Of a DNA stretch of 20,000 bases, positions 1 to 12,302 are shown one piece after another. This DNA comes from Lama guanicoe (lineage: Eukaryota). The number at the start of each line of letters is the position of its first letter. Position 1 is the stretch's first letter. Location: assembly GCA_013239625.1 (NCBI GenBank), contig MU053472.1:1418072-1438071 (forward strand). Direction: 5' to 3'. The notes below the pieces were generated by a model that had not been told where the DNA came from, did not search any database, and saw only the letters and a list, made by a program, of their open reading frames with translations. The position numbers were made by a program, and so were the translations under genes.

Positions 1-1298
1 ACAAGGTATCACCCCACACCTGTCAGAATGGCTATTATGAAAAAGACAACAAATAACAAGTGTTTGTGAGGAAGTAGAGAAAAGGGAACCTTTGTGCACT
101 GCTGGTAGGAATGTAAACTGGTTCAGCCACTATGGAAAACAGTACGGAGACTCCTCAAAATATTAAAAATAGAGCTAATTTATGATCCAGCAATTCCACT
201 CCTGGGTATTTATCCAAAGAAAACAAAAACACTGATTAGAAAAGACATGTCCACTGCTATGTTCACTGCAGTATCATTTACAATAGCCAAGATATGGAAG
301 TACCTAAGTGCCCATCAATAAAGATGTGGTATGAACAATGGAATATTACTCAGCCATTAAAAATGAAACCCTGCCACTTGTGACAACATAGATAGAACTA
401 GAGGGTAATACGCTAAGTGAAATAAGTCAGAGGAAGACAAATACTGTGTGATTTTACTAATAGGTGGAATCTAAAAAACAAAACAAATGAACAAAACGTA
501 CAAAACAGAAACAGAACAAACGGGGTTGCAAGAGGGGAACGAGGTAGGAAAAGGAAAGAAACAGGTGAGAGAGATTAAGAGGTAGACTTCCAGTTGCAAA
601 ATGAGTCAGAAGTATGAAATGTACAGTACAAGGGAATATAGTCAATATGCAATACCTTTCTATGGTGACACATCATAACTAGACTTATCGGGGGATCATT
701 TTGAAATGTATAGAAATACAGAATCACTATGTCGTGCAACAGGAACTCAGTGTTACAAGTCAATTATTCTTCAAAAACAAATGCATAGAAAATAAGATCA
801 GATTTGTGGTTAGCAAAGCTGGGAGGTAGGAGGAAGGGTAATTTGATGAAGGTAGTCAAAATGTACAAAATTTCCAGTTACAAGATAAATAAGTACTAGG
901 GATGTGATGTACAACATAATTAACACTGCTATATGTTATATATGAAAGCTGTTAAGACTAAATCCTAAGAATTTTCATCACAAGAAAAAATACTTTGTAT
1001 TTTCTTTGATTTTTTGTCTATTTGAGCTCACAGCAAAAGAGAATGTAATAATGAATGTACGTATGTTCATGTAAAACTGAAAAATTGTGCTCTACACTGG
1101 AATTTGACACAACATTGTAAAATGACTATAACTCAATAAAAAAAGTTAAAAAAAATTTTTGTCTATTTGAGATGTGTTCACTAAACTTACTGTGATAATC
1201 ATTTCATGATATATCTAAGTCACATCATTATGCTGTACTCCTTAAATTTATATAATGCTGTATGTCAATTACATCTCAATAAAACTGGAAGAAAAAAA
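1..1298 (+). mobile_element. Old LINE-1 3' portion (ORF2 end + 3'UTR, L1MA-like), containing a nested younger L1 tail
   Basis: Classic L1 motifs: cagccactatggaaaacagt, gatccagcaattccactcctgggtatttatcc, caatggaatattactcagcc. Ends ctcaataaaactggaagaaaaaaa. Degenerate. Confidence 0.9.
1027..1155 (+). mobile_element. 5'-truncated young L1 3' end with 16-bp TSD
   Basis: Ends acattgtaaaatgactataactcaataaa plus A-tail. Flanked by exact tttttgtctatttgag at 1011-1026 and 1156-1171. Confidence 0.85.
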
Positions 1299-1299
1299 G

Positions 1300-1610
1300 C
1301 TTCACTCTAGTGGGGAAAAGTGTATTAGGGTAGGCAAACACACCAATTTAAGACATTTAAAGATAAATCTATGAAGATAATAAAAACAGGGTAATATGAT
1401 CAAAACCTTAAAGGAGGGGCTTTAGGATAGACAGGGAAGAATCTCCTGCAGAGGTAACATTCGAGTTGACATTTTTAAATGATGAGGAGGCAATCATGTG
1501 AATATCTGGGGGGAAGCATGTTCCAAACAGAAAGAATAACAAGCGCAAAGGCCCTGAGAAAAGGAAAAAAACTGTGGCATAATCAAATAACAGAAAGAAG
1601 GCCATGTGAA
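1300..1610 (-). mobile_element. L2 fragment
   Basis: L2-like motifs gaggtaacattcgagttga and tgtgaatatctggggggaagcatgttccaaacagaaagaataacaagcgcaaaggccctgag. Probably resumes near 2015-2110. Confidence 0.65.
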
Positions 1611-1820
1611 CCAGCTCTAGAACATTTCTTTAACTACCTACTCAATAAAACCCAGGACGGAAATGCTTTTAAAAAATGCTGATGTGTTTGGAGTATTATG
1701 AATAAAGAATTATGTAAAGAGAAAAAGCAGAGATAAGGAAAATTTTTATAGGGCCTACTGGCTAATTAAGGCATTCTGGTTGCAAAAGTGAATAAGATTA
1801 TTTAATTTATGCTTTTAAAC

Positions 1821-2014
1821 AACACGTCTAATAGAACTTCCTGAAATGTTCTCTACCTGCACTGCCCATTTTGGTAGCCACTAGCCACAAGTGGCTACTG
1901 AGTATGTGAAATGTGCCTAGTGTGGCTGAGGACTGACTTTTGATTTTTAACTTTCATTTAAATTCAAACAGTCACAAATGGTTAATGGCTATCATACTGA
2001 ACAATGCAATTCTA
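1821..2014. mobile_element. MER3/MER33-like hAT-Charlie DNA transposon relic
   Basis: gtctaatagaact...tggtagccactagccacaagtggctactgag...gaaatgtg, with the end motif tggctatcatactgaacaatgca. Confidence 0.8.
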
Positions 2015-2612
2015 GAAAGACTGCTCTGGCTGCAGTGTGGAGAACACTGCAATAAAGCCAAGAGTAGAAGCAAGGCAACCAGGACAGAAGATATTACAAC
2101 AGTCCAGAAAAAGAAACCCTTGTGAAAAAAAGGACTGGTATTAGAAATAGATTTCATAGTTATTCCAAGGGCTGAACGAGAAAAAGTTAAACCCAGGCAT
2201 ACCTTGTAAATTTAGAGAACAATGTTCACCTCTCATTTTAACAATACTAAGAACTGCATTCCCAGTAAACTTCACTACAGGTCTTCCCCTTAAAAATAAG
2301 TTTCTGGAAATTATTTAGTAATTGGTGTATGATGGGGGTAGCAAACTAAATATTTTATGCCAGGAAAGCACAGCTTGATTATTGTCTCCAATCCCTGCTC
2401 ATTACCTATTAAAACAAAAGGGTAAATTAAACATATGGAGATTCTTCAGGGTCTATGTGTCCATCTGGGCTGACAACGAGCAGGATGTAGGATCCAAGGA
2501 ACTTTCGATTCAACAGAGGATCTAATTTTGCCTCAACACTCAGCCTAATGAAAAGGCAGGTTCTCAAGGTTCTCCAAGTGTGGCTCTACCATGTAAGCAC
2601 AGTATTTTATTT

Positions 2613-2710
2613 AAATATTTTTTAAAAACAGATTTTATTTTTTAGGGAAGTTTTAGGTTCACAGCAAAACTGAGAGGATAACAGTGATTTCTCATATACC
2701 TCCACCCTGT
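2613..2710 (-). mobile_element. Short L1M 3'-end fragment with 12-bp TSD
   Basis: agttttaggttcacagcaaaactgag...tttctcatatacc motif. Direct repeat agtattttattt at 2601-2612 and 2711-2722. Confidence 0.7.
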
Positions 2711-3428
2711 AGTATTTTATTTTTATGACAACAGAAAATCACACCTACTTGATCAATTACTATTATCAAAAGTAATTACTATTTAACTGGTTAAAGTCAT
2801 TGTTTATGAAATGGAAAATATACAAATCTAGAGGTCTTCAGTTTGTAAATATATTTACCGTAGGATTCAGCAGAATGACTAGTCAGATTCTCATCAGATA
2901 CGTAACAAAAATAAATGTTAAAGTGAACCTGAAGGGAAAAAAGCTCTCTCCTGCTTATACAAGGTATTTTAAAAATAAATGATAGATTCCAAAGGGGAGG
3001 GTTAGATAATAAAATTAAAGAAAAAAAAGTCCTATATATAAAGATACACATTTTTTAAAAATTGTGGAGTAACAGTATGAAATCTGCCATATTAACCATT
3101 TTTAGGTGTGCATTTCATTGGCATTAATTATATTTACCATGTTGTACAACCATCATCACCATCCATTTCTGTAACTTTTTCATCACCTCAGACACTGTAA
3201 TAAGCAATGGCTTCTCATCCTTCCCTTACACCCCCACTCTCAGTTCCTGGTAACCTTTAATCTACTTTTATCTCTACAAATTTGCCTATTCTAGAGATTT
3301 CATATAAATGGAATCATACAGTATCTGTCCTTTTGTATCTGGCTTATTTCACTTAGGATATCATTTTCAAAGTTCACCTATGTTGTACCACATATCAAAA
3401 CTGTTTGAATAATATCCCATTGAATGTA

Positions 3429-3585
3429 CAGTTGATCCCTGAAGAACATAGGGGTTGGGAGGCTGACCCTTCGGCGCACTAAAAAAAAATCCATATATAA
3501 CTTTAGTGTCAGCTCTTTGTATCCATGGTTCTGCATCCGTGGATTCAACCAATGACAGATCGTGTAAAATGTAGTATGTATTTAG
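3429..3585. mobile_element. Tigger-family (TcMar) fragment nested in L1
   Basis: Starts ta|cagttgatccctgaa (Tigger2/MER8-like TIR after TA). Contains gcatccgtggattcaaccaa (MER2-like). Confidence 0.7.
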
Positions 3586-3623
3586 CATACAGGTAACTGT
3601 TTGTGTCCCTGTTTTCATTTCTT

Positions 3624-3685
<62 letters not shown>
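3624..3685 (+). repeat. (TCTA)n tetranucleotide microsatellite, about 15.5 perfect units
   Basis: Read directly from the sequence. Confidence 0.98.
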
Positions 3686-5231
3686 GGAGTGAAGCTGCTG
3701 GGTCATACGGTAAGTTTTTTGCTCTGCTTTTTAAGGAACCACCAAACTGTATTCCATTCCAGCTGCATTTTACATTCCCATTAGCAATGCATGAGAATTC
3801 CAATTTCTCCACATTCTTACTAACATTTATTTTGTTTCTTTCTTTTTTAAAAATTACAGCCATCCTGGTAGATGTGAAGTGATATCTCATTGTTTCTAAT
3901 TTGCATTTCCCTAATGACAAGTAACGCTAGCACCTTTTCACATGCTTATTATTATTATTAGTCTTTGATATATCTTCTCTGGACAAATGTCTATTCAAGT
4001 CCTTTACTCATTTTTAGTTGGGTTGCCTGTTGTCAAATTGTAGTATTTGATATATTCTGGATACCAGACCCTTATTTGGTAAGTGACTTACAAATATTTT
4101 CTCCTTTCTATACGCTGTCTTATCACTTTTTTGATAACGTCCTTTGATGTACAAAGGTTTTAATTTTGATGGATTCCAATTCACCTGTAAACTAAAATGG
4201 TTTTACTTTTTTCTTTCCAATATGAATGCATTTAATATTTATTTACTTATTTAGAACTGCTTTGGCTAGAACTTTCAGGACAATGTCAAACAGGAGTAGT
4301 GAAAGCAGGAATCCTTGTCTTGTTCTCGATCTTAGAATTTGAGCCTAAGGAAAGATTTGAAGATGATGTTAGCTATGGGTTCATCATAAATGCTCTTTAT
4401 CATATTGAGGAAGTTCTCTTTCCTACCTAGTTTTCTGAATGTTTCTATTATGAAAGGGTGTTGGATTTTGTCAAATGTGTTTTGTGTCGGTTGAGATGAT
4501 CATGATCTCGCCCCTTCATTCTATTAATGTGGCGTGTTGCATTCAATGATTTTCTTATGTTAAACTAAATGACCTTTGTGTTCCTGGGATAAATCCCACT
4601 TACTAACGGTGTATAATCCTTTTATATTCTATTAGATTTGACTTGTTAGTATTTTTTTTTTTGAGAATTTCTGTATTTATATTCATAGGAGATATCAGTC
4701 TGTAATTTTCTTTTCTTATGATGTCTTTTTTTCTGATTTTGATATAGGGTAATGCTGGCCTCACAGAGTACTTTAGGAAGTGTTCCTTCTTCTTGACTTT
4801 TTGGAAGACTTTGAGAAGAACTGATGTTATTCTTTTTCTTTTCTTTTTTTTATTGAGTTATAGTCAGTTTATAATCCTTCTTTTAATGTTTGGTAGTATT
4901 CACTACTGAAGTGTTCCAGTCCTGGACTTTTCTTTTATGGAAGGTTTTTGATTACTGATTTAATCTCTTTATTTGTCACAGGTTTGTTGACATACTCTAT
5001 TTTCTTAGGCCAGTTTAGGTAGCTTGTACATTTCTAAGAATTTGTCCATTTTATCTACATTATCTAATGTGTTGGCATACAACTACTCATAGGGTTCTCT
5101 TATGATTCTACTTCTGGAAGGTCAGTAGTAACGTCCCAACTCATTTCTGATTTTATTCTCGTCTTCTCTTTTTTTTCTGTCAGTCTGGTGTGGTTTTAAT
5201 TTTAAGTAGGGCGTAAAGCACTGTGTGCATA

Positions 5232-5760
5232 TGTAGCAGATACTGTTGGCTCCCCAACCAACAGTCATTTTCCCCATCTCATGCTTGTTGGCAGAACCCT
5301 GATTTTGTTTAGGCACTGACCCCTTTCTCACAGGATTCATGAGTAAATCGTGATTAGTTTAAGTAAATCATAATGAGTTTAAGTCATTCAGATTGCCAGT
5401 GACTGATTTCAAAGGTCACCAAATGACCTAGCTCTGGCTAAAGAGACTCAAGGATAAGTCAGCTGGGTGGTTTATGAAAAAGGTTCCTTCTCATCACAGG
5501 TAAAACAGTACTTGGGAAAGGAGTCTTTCTTCTGCTGGACAATGCAGAATCTCTGTGTGATACCTTACAACCACAGTAGCATTCTTACAACCACCCGGGA
5601 GCAAGGAAAAGACAAAACAAGCACACAAAGGACAGAGGAGCAGAAAGATGGAAAAAAGCATAGTTCTTTTAAAATCTCTAAGAATTCTGAATTAAGCCAC
5701 CCTGGAGGTACTCAGGACTTGGTATTGATTACCTTTTTATCAAATTCTTTGTATTTTTAG
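5232..5760. mobile_element. MLT1 (ERVL-MaLR) solo LTR, MLT1J-like
   Basis: Starts tgtagcagatactgttgg. Contains cagaaccctgattttgtt and aagcacacaaaggacagaggagcagaaagatggaaa. Confidence 0.7.
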
Positions 5761-8299
5761 GGAGCACTGCCTATGTAGAGGGCTGCTATCTTGGCTGCTA
5801 TACATGGGTTTATGATCTTTTTGTGAACTGGACGTTTTATTTTTAATATCCCTTTTGTACCAACTAACGGTTTTTATCCTGAATTCTGCTTTGTTTTTTT
5901 TTTTAACTTAAGTATAGTCAGTTTACAATGTTGTGTCAATTTGCTTTTATTATTGTTATTTAGGGTATTTTCTTTTAAAATATATAGTAAAGTTTCATTT
6001 TTCAACCCTCTTGGAAATTGCTATCTCCAGACAGAGGAGCTGAGCCCATTTACATTTATTGTGATGACAGTTATATTTGCTTTTAATTGCTTCATATTTT
6101 TCATTTATCATACTTAGTTATTTCCTCTATTCTACTTGCTTATATCTAGCTTGGACAAGTTTCCAATCATTCTTACTCCTACTTCCACTATTCTAACTTG
6201 GAATGTCTATCATATTTTCCCATTTATCAGTTTACTACATACCCCTCCTAGCACTGACAATGTTTGAATATTAAATAATGATAGCTAGTCATACTTCACT
6301 CACCAAGATGAGATCTTCATACTGCTTTCTTACACTACTTTCCCCAAATGTGCATTTTTAAATAGGCTATCATATATACTGACTATAAAGCCATCTGAAT
6401 ATAATAACATGAGCCTCCATTTTCCATCCAAAAAGGTTTTTTCGCCAACTTGAATATATCAAGTTTTAGGGATACATATGATAACATTTTAAAACTTACA
6501 CTATTTAAATCATCTTTATGTTATGTTATAAACACATATTAAAATCTAAGTTAAGTTTTCAAAAATTACTTTTCCTCCTTGCAATTTATGAAATGTTATT
6601 TAAACTATTCATATGCATCTTAAAACATTTATCTTCATCATCACCAAATGTTTGAGTCATTTAACAGTTTTTCAGAGTAAAACAGCTTCACTTGTTTGAA
6701 AACCAGCACTTTTGAGTCTGGTATGATGTCACTAGAAATTTTATACAAAGGTACTAGCAATCATTTGCAAAGCGTTAAGACTGTTGGGTTTTCTCATTCT
6801 ACCCAAGATAAGCAGACATCCATAATCTCCACAACCAAACCAGCTAATGCACCATATTTCAACGTAATATTCAGAAAGCCAGTTAATAAAGACATCTAAC
6901 ACAGCTACAAGGTTATGACCTCCAAAATAATTCTAAATGTGTTAAGTTCCATTACTTCCTTAAAAAGAAAATTCTACCTCTATAGCTTCCTGATATTGGC
7001 ACTGGCTGAGTTTTCAGGCTAACATTTCTTTCCAAATAGTACTTTGTTGTTCAAATAATAAACCTGAAATAACATCACATAACATGAGTGACTTTGTAAG
7101 GTAACTCTCTTTACTGAAGGATAATTTGGGGGCAGAGGTATTCTTGTATTTAATAGTATATGGTAACTGAGAATTTCTGCTTTATGTGATTTCTAAAATT
7201 TCCCTTTCATTTCCAGTTTGAAAAAAAAACCTTACTTAAGACATACTACAAATTTAATTTGTTCCTCATTCTCTTTCTATTCCATTTACATGTAACTATA
7301 TGTTACAATATTCACTGCTGACCACTAACACCATCTTCCCCTACCTTAAGATTTGTTATTATTGAACTATTATTTGGTTAGAGAAATTCCTTGACTATTT
7401 TCCTCAGATAAAGTACATGGAGACATATTTGACTTCTATATATTTGAAAATTTTAAATTTTATTGTAAAAGTTGATGAAGTGTAGTATTTTCTCAGTAAT
7501 TGAGACATTGCTTTTGTCTCCTAGCTTCTAATTTCTATTTATTTTTGGATTTCAGAAAACTCACCTGCCTATGACCCAGCGTTCTTTTTCAATCTAGATT
7601 CAAGTGTTTTCCCCAAATAGTTCAGGAAATTCCTTTTCTCATTTAAAATCCCTAAAATACGCCAATATAATAATTGTGGTTATTTCTGGGCAGTGGGTTA
7701 CAGATAATATTTATTTTCTTCTTCATAGATTTCTGCATGTTTTAAATTTGTTTGGCAACAGGCATATGCAGAAGCAGAAAAAAAACAAAGCTATTAAATA
7801 AAGAACAAGTAAATGGAACTAGGCAAAGTTTTCAAGAAATACAACAAGGACTGATAAATGGTACCAGGTTAAAAAAAGGACTCTCTGACATTTGCTCTAT
7901 ACTGCTTCCATGCCAGCCCCAGATTAGAAGCTGATTTTGTGCTATTAAATTTAAAAATACACTCTCACACTGAGCTCAAAGCTCTTGGGATTGGCCAAAG
8001 GATTTTAATAGTATCTGTTGTGTAAAACAATCCTTTTCCAATTCAATTAAAAACTAAGTAAGAAAAATTTACTCGTTTTCAAGGAATACTAATACAATAC
8101 TACAAATTATATTAAATAAGCCTATAATGACCAAGAATTTGACAAGCACAGCTGTATCAAAGCAAATCTTACTTTGAAATTTCAAATTGTTAAGAACAAA
8201 ATGTCTAGGCAGTAAGCCCATATTATAAACAGTTTTGTTCCTGGTGCGGATATCTTTCTATTCATATGTGCCTGTTCTGAGGCAGCTAGAACAGTCATG

Positions 8300-8645
8300 G
8301 TATTGACAGTTACCTATCCAATATTCTCCTCTCCTGCTTCCTTAATGTAGACCCATGAGTTCATCTGGGGCAGCAAAATGAACGATTAAAACTGTTTTGC
8401 TCCCCAGACCACTTTACACCATTGGAGGATGTGCGGAATGTGTCCCAGTTTCCTAGTTTCAAGGAGAGGTAATCAAAGAGACAGGGCTAGGCTTCTGGGA
8501 AAGCTCTTTTTTCTGACTGGGAGGGGAAGCTGACACAGGTGGTATGAGCCTTTTGCCCCTCTCCTTCCTTGTGAACAGTTGCAAACGACGTGATCTACGT
8601 GCTAAAGATGACAAAAATAGGAAAGGGGGGGAGCCATGGTCCTGT
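8300..8645. mobile_element. Degraded MLT1-like LTR fragment
   Basis: Motifs ggcttctgggaaagct, gctaaagatgacaaaaataggaaag and gagccatggtcctg. Confidence 0.5.
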
Positions 8646-8773
8646 GAGGAAACTAAATCATTTGGTTACATTAAGCAAAATTAATATCAGAGCCTTAAAA
8701 TCAGACAGACAGGAGAAACATTTATCTGGATGAAATAAACCTTCTCATTCTGTGCATAAAAAGCAAGCACATA

Positions 8774-8975
8774 TAGATAAACAATAAGGACCTACTGTAT
8801 AGCACAGGGAACTATATTCAGTATCTTGTAATAACCTATAATGGAAAAGAATCTGAAAAGGAATATATATATGTATATGACTGAATCACTTTGCTGTACC
8901 CCTGAAACTAACAAAATGTTGTAAATCAACTGTATTTCAATAAAAATTTTTAAAAATAAAAATAAGAACTTAAAA
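8774..8975 (+). mobile_element. 5'-truncated artiodactyl-type L1 3' end
   Basis: aaggacctactgtatagcacagggaactatattcagtatcttgtaataacctataatggaaaagaatctgaaaa...caataaa plus A-tail. TSD aaaaag(t)caagcacata around 8758-8773 and 8974-8990. Confidence 0.88.
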
Positions 8976-9934
8976 AAAGTCAAGCACATACAAAAGAAAA
9001 AATTTTTACCTTTTTATCAAAGACCGCTATAAAAGAGGAATCTACAATGAAATCATACAAAATGGCTTTTCTATTCCAAATTAACTAATTCACATACAAA
9101 GAAACATTTAACTAGCCTCTAAAATCCCGTGTGGATAGTCTAGTCTCCTATTCCTACAGGGGTAGGACAAGGGGAGGAAAGATGACACAGATTATTTTTA
9201 TCAGCACTACAAATTATAGGCCCAGATACCAATCCATTTATAGTTTCTATACACGAGTATTACTAATAATTTATCATAAGATATCTATGGGAAATTACCA
9301 TAAGCTTCTAAGATATTACTTGTAATAAAGTTTCCACATTATAAAATTAACTTCAAGATTTGAAAATCTGCCTAACACAGGTTAAGCCCTGTATAAAACA
9401 GGGTAATGATAACCTCAAAAGACTGAGCAGAGAGAGCTTTAGTCAATTTTAGTTTAAATCAACAATGGTTTTACATAGAAGAATCCATATTCTAGATCTG
9501 AAGAGGTTCAGATTTAATTAACTCATCTCTAAGATAGAAAGGAAATATGACCCCTTACTCAATACAAATGGAAGACTATTAATTCAGTAAACTGATCAGA
9601 CTAGTTAACTTAGGACAAAGATTTTTTTTAAATTTATTTTTATCTTCCTTTAGTTTTATAAAGAAATTCTTTTTAAGAAATGTCAAATGAAATGGGGAGA
9701 TAGAGAGAAAACCTATGTAAAAAGAGTTAAAATTAAATGTTACATGTGCAAAAAAATAAAAGACATTAAAAGCAAAGACTTACTTCTAGATTAGCTTGCC
9801 TTTTCTTTAGGTACCTCTGTTTAAAAATGTATTTTTAAAGAAAAGTTATTTATAAGTAACATATTGGGTTACATACAATTCTAGAAATGTAAACAGGGGT
9901 TAAAAAAAAAAAAACCACTCCAAAAAAACAGTGT

Positions 9935-10016
9935 ACCGTCTTAGCATCCAGTGCCCAGTACAGTTCCTGGTACATACTAGGCATTTAATAAGTATTTGTT
10001 GAATGAATGAACAAAT
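9935..10016 (+). mobile_element. L2 3' end
   Basis: cctggtacatactaggcatttaataagtatttgttgaatgaatgaa terminal signature. Confidence 0.75.
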
Positions 10017-10276
10017 AAGCTCTATGACAAAGCAAAAAGACATATAAAATACACAGTCTGATTCACAACACTCAAATATAAGCTAAAGGTCTACAGCAAG
10101 ATCACTCTATTTTGGTAATGAAAGGAGGCCAGACTAGTGAAACAGACATATGAATGTCACCTCAGCGGTTTATTCAAATGCTAAAATACGCTGAGAAGAG
10201 CTAAAACTATAAAAGGCACTAATATCATTAAAGCATGTATAGGATATATATGAATATAGGATCTGTCTCAACTTAC

Positions 10277-10400
10277 CTTACACAACATTCTACTGCACGA
10301 AACCAATGAAGCATCTCATCGTGTAGAGTACACAACTGAAGGCAAGACAGAAAAACTTTCTCAGCGTCACTGTACCAGCCTGCATCGGAAAGAAAGCCAC
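10277..10400 (-). CDS. APPBP2: APPBP2 coding exon 4 (124 nt), (G)GFLSDAGWYSDAEKVFLSCLQLCTLHDEMLHWFRAVECCV(R)
   Basis: Manual translation continues the frame from exon 3. Acceptor ttttcttgtcctttag|GT, donor GTAAG|gtaagt. Confidence 0.97.
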
Positions 10401-11054
10401 CTAAAGGACAAGAAAAACCAAAAATGTTAATTTAGTAAATCACTTGAAAGCTAAAATGACACGTTTACAATGAATATTATCTAAAATGAAAAAAAAACCT
10501 GTAATATTAAAATCCAGTGTTTAGTCCAAAACAAAGATACTAAAATTTTAAAAAAAACTTTCAAACTAGAAAAATTAGATCAAAGTTGAGCCTCTGAATA
10601 AGAAGTCAAGAGTTTTAACCCTCTAATAACACTCCATGTCTGAAGAATTGACATTTTCCAGATAATTAGCCACTATGTTTTAGTGATTCTAATATTTTCA
10701 TCATGCAGCATAAACATAACCAATCCCAAAGAAGATAAAGACATCTGAATAAACTTAATCGTCTTACCATAACAACACGTCATAGAAGATACACAGGTGA
10801 AAGACACAGTAGTGCTTGCTCATCTCATTTTTTTAAACAAAAAACTGCTGTCCTGCAACAGTCCTAATGCACTGGGCATCTGGACATTATTTCCTTAGAA
10901 TACTGTCCATTTGTTTTTGAGGCTCTTGACCCTACTAACAGTTTAATACACTTTTTGATAATGTCAAGTAGTCTACAGTGTCAACAGTATCCAAGTCAGG
11001 AAAATACAGTTTGCTCAGACTCGTTTTTACATTTAATCAAAGCTATATATAATC

Positions 11055-11180
11055 AGGGGGAGGGTACAGCTCAGTGGTAGAGTGCGTGCTTAGCATGCAC
11101 AAGGTCCTGGGTTCCATCCCCAGTGCCTCCCTTTAAAAAAATTAAATAAATAAACCTAATCATCTACCTCCCGCCTCAAA
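11055..11180 (+). mobile_element. tRNA-Ala(AGC)-derived SINE (camelid vic-1-like)
   Basis: tRNA-like head at 11060-11130 (AGCTCAGTGGTAGAG A-box, TTAGCAT anticodon loop, GGTTCCATCCC degenerate B-box). Tail aaataaataaacctaatcatctacctccc. Imperfect TSD aaagctatatataa (11039-11052) / aaagctgtatgtaa (11180-11193). Confidence 0.85.
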
Positions 11181-11465
11181 AAGCTGTATGTAAAATGAAA
11201 GGAACATTTTAACTGGAGAGAGGTGTGCTTCAGAACACTTTTTTTCCCTCCCAAATCCGGCATTTGTTATTTCGGGGCCCTCACCCAGTGACTGGAATAA
11301 TGAGATGATACTGTTCATACTAAGCAACCTCCTACTCATCATCTCCGCATAATGTGCACTGTGTGAGCTGTTAGGCTACTGTCTCTCAGCTTCAAACTAA
11401 CCCTTCTAGACTGTTCTACGACGCTGGGCTAGGACTCTCCAAACCACATTTCTCCTTTGCCAGCT

Positions 11466-11501
11466 GGCTCCCTGGTAGTCTCCGGCTCCCTGGTAGTCTC
11501 C
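11466..11501 (+). repeat. Perfect 18-bp tandem duplication (ggctccctggtagtctcc x2)
   Basis: Copies at 11466-11483 and 11484-11501. Confidence 0.95.
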
Positions 11502-11986
11502 ACCGAAGGAAGGGGAGAGAGAGAAAGGCTGTAAAACTGGAGGAGTAAGGGACGCTCCCCGATACCTTCCGGTTTCTGCCAGAAAGGCCCCTGCGGACAG
11601 CACTGTCCCAGGGTAATGCTTCTTTACTCTGGCAGTAAGCCAATTCCAGCGGCAGTTTTCCAACACCTACAGAACCAGATTCACAGCACCCTCTCAGAGA
11701 CACTAGCACCAGCCAGTCAGGTACCCCTCCCAGAGGTCAAGATTCTAGACCCACAGGCCCCTTCTCAGAACTCTGAGGCACTGTACCAGCTGAGCAGCAT
11801 CCCAGCTCTGTGAGACACCTCCTCAAGCTTCTAGATTTTAATCATTCCAACCCCATCCCTTGGTATCTCAAGCCCTAGGTGTGGCAGCTGATTCTTGCAG
11901 GTGCTATGTATAATACCCTAGTGCTGCCTTTTTGTCTCTTCAGTTCTCTAATACCTGGGTAAAAACTCTATAATTAAATTCTACCC

Positions 11987-12302
11987 CTACAACATGGATG
12001 GACCTTGGATCTCGAAAACATTATGTTACATAAAATAAGCCAATTACAAAGATCATGTATTTTATGAATCCGTTTATATACAATATTCAGGATAGGTAAA
12101 TCTACAGAGACAGAAAGCAGACTGATGGCTGCCTAGGGCTGGAGGGGTTAGAAAGAAATGAAGAGTCACTGCTAACGGGTATGGGTTCTTTTCAGGGTGA
12201 TGACAATGTCCTAAAACTTACTGTAATGATGTTTTCACAACTCTGTGAATGCACCAAAAACCTTTGAATTGTGTGGTATATGAATTACATCTCAATAAAG
12301 AT
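11987..12302 (+). mobile_element. L1M (L1MB-like) 3'UTR fragment
   Basis: ctacaacatggatggacctt, gagacagaaagcagactgatggctgcctagggctgg, tgaattacatctcaataaag. Confidence 0.85.

Larger units (their letters stand above)
3050..5190 (-). mobile_element. Fragmented old LINE-1 (L1MB-like 3'UTR and ORF2 remnants)
   Basis: Reverse-strand L1 motifs: tttcatataaatggaatcataca, ttgcatttccctaatga, aaatgtctattcaagtccttt, gggataaatcccactt, agggtaatgctggcctca. Internal deletion near 4190. Confidence 0.88.

Noticed and set aside
3601..3882. 93-aa ORF with LSIY repeats
   Set aside because: Translation of the TCTA microsatellite plus L1 sequence.
1..9700. APPBP2 exon 5
   Set aside because: The expected LLHVRNGNCKY coding sequence was not found; it probably lies left of the window.
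10760..10860. Possible cryptic exon with donor ATG|gtaaga on the minus strand
   Set aside because: No convincing pyrimidine-tract acceptor; isolated donors are common by chance.
11060..11131. Functional tRNA-Ala(AGC) gene
   Set aside because: Acceptor-stem mismatch, altered T-loop (TTCCAT), SINE tail and TSD indicate a SINE. The same applies to 18311-18382.
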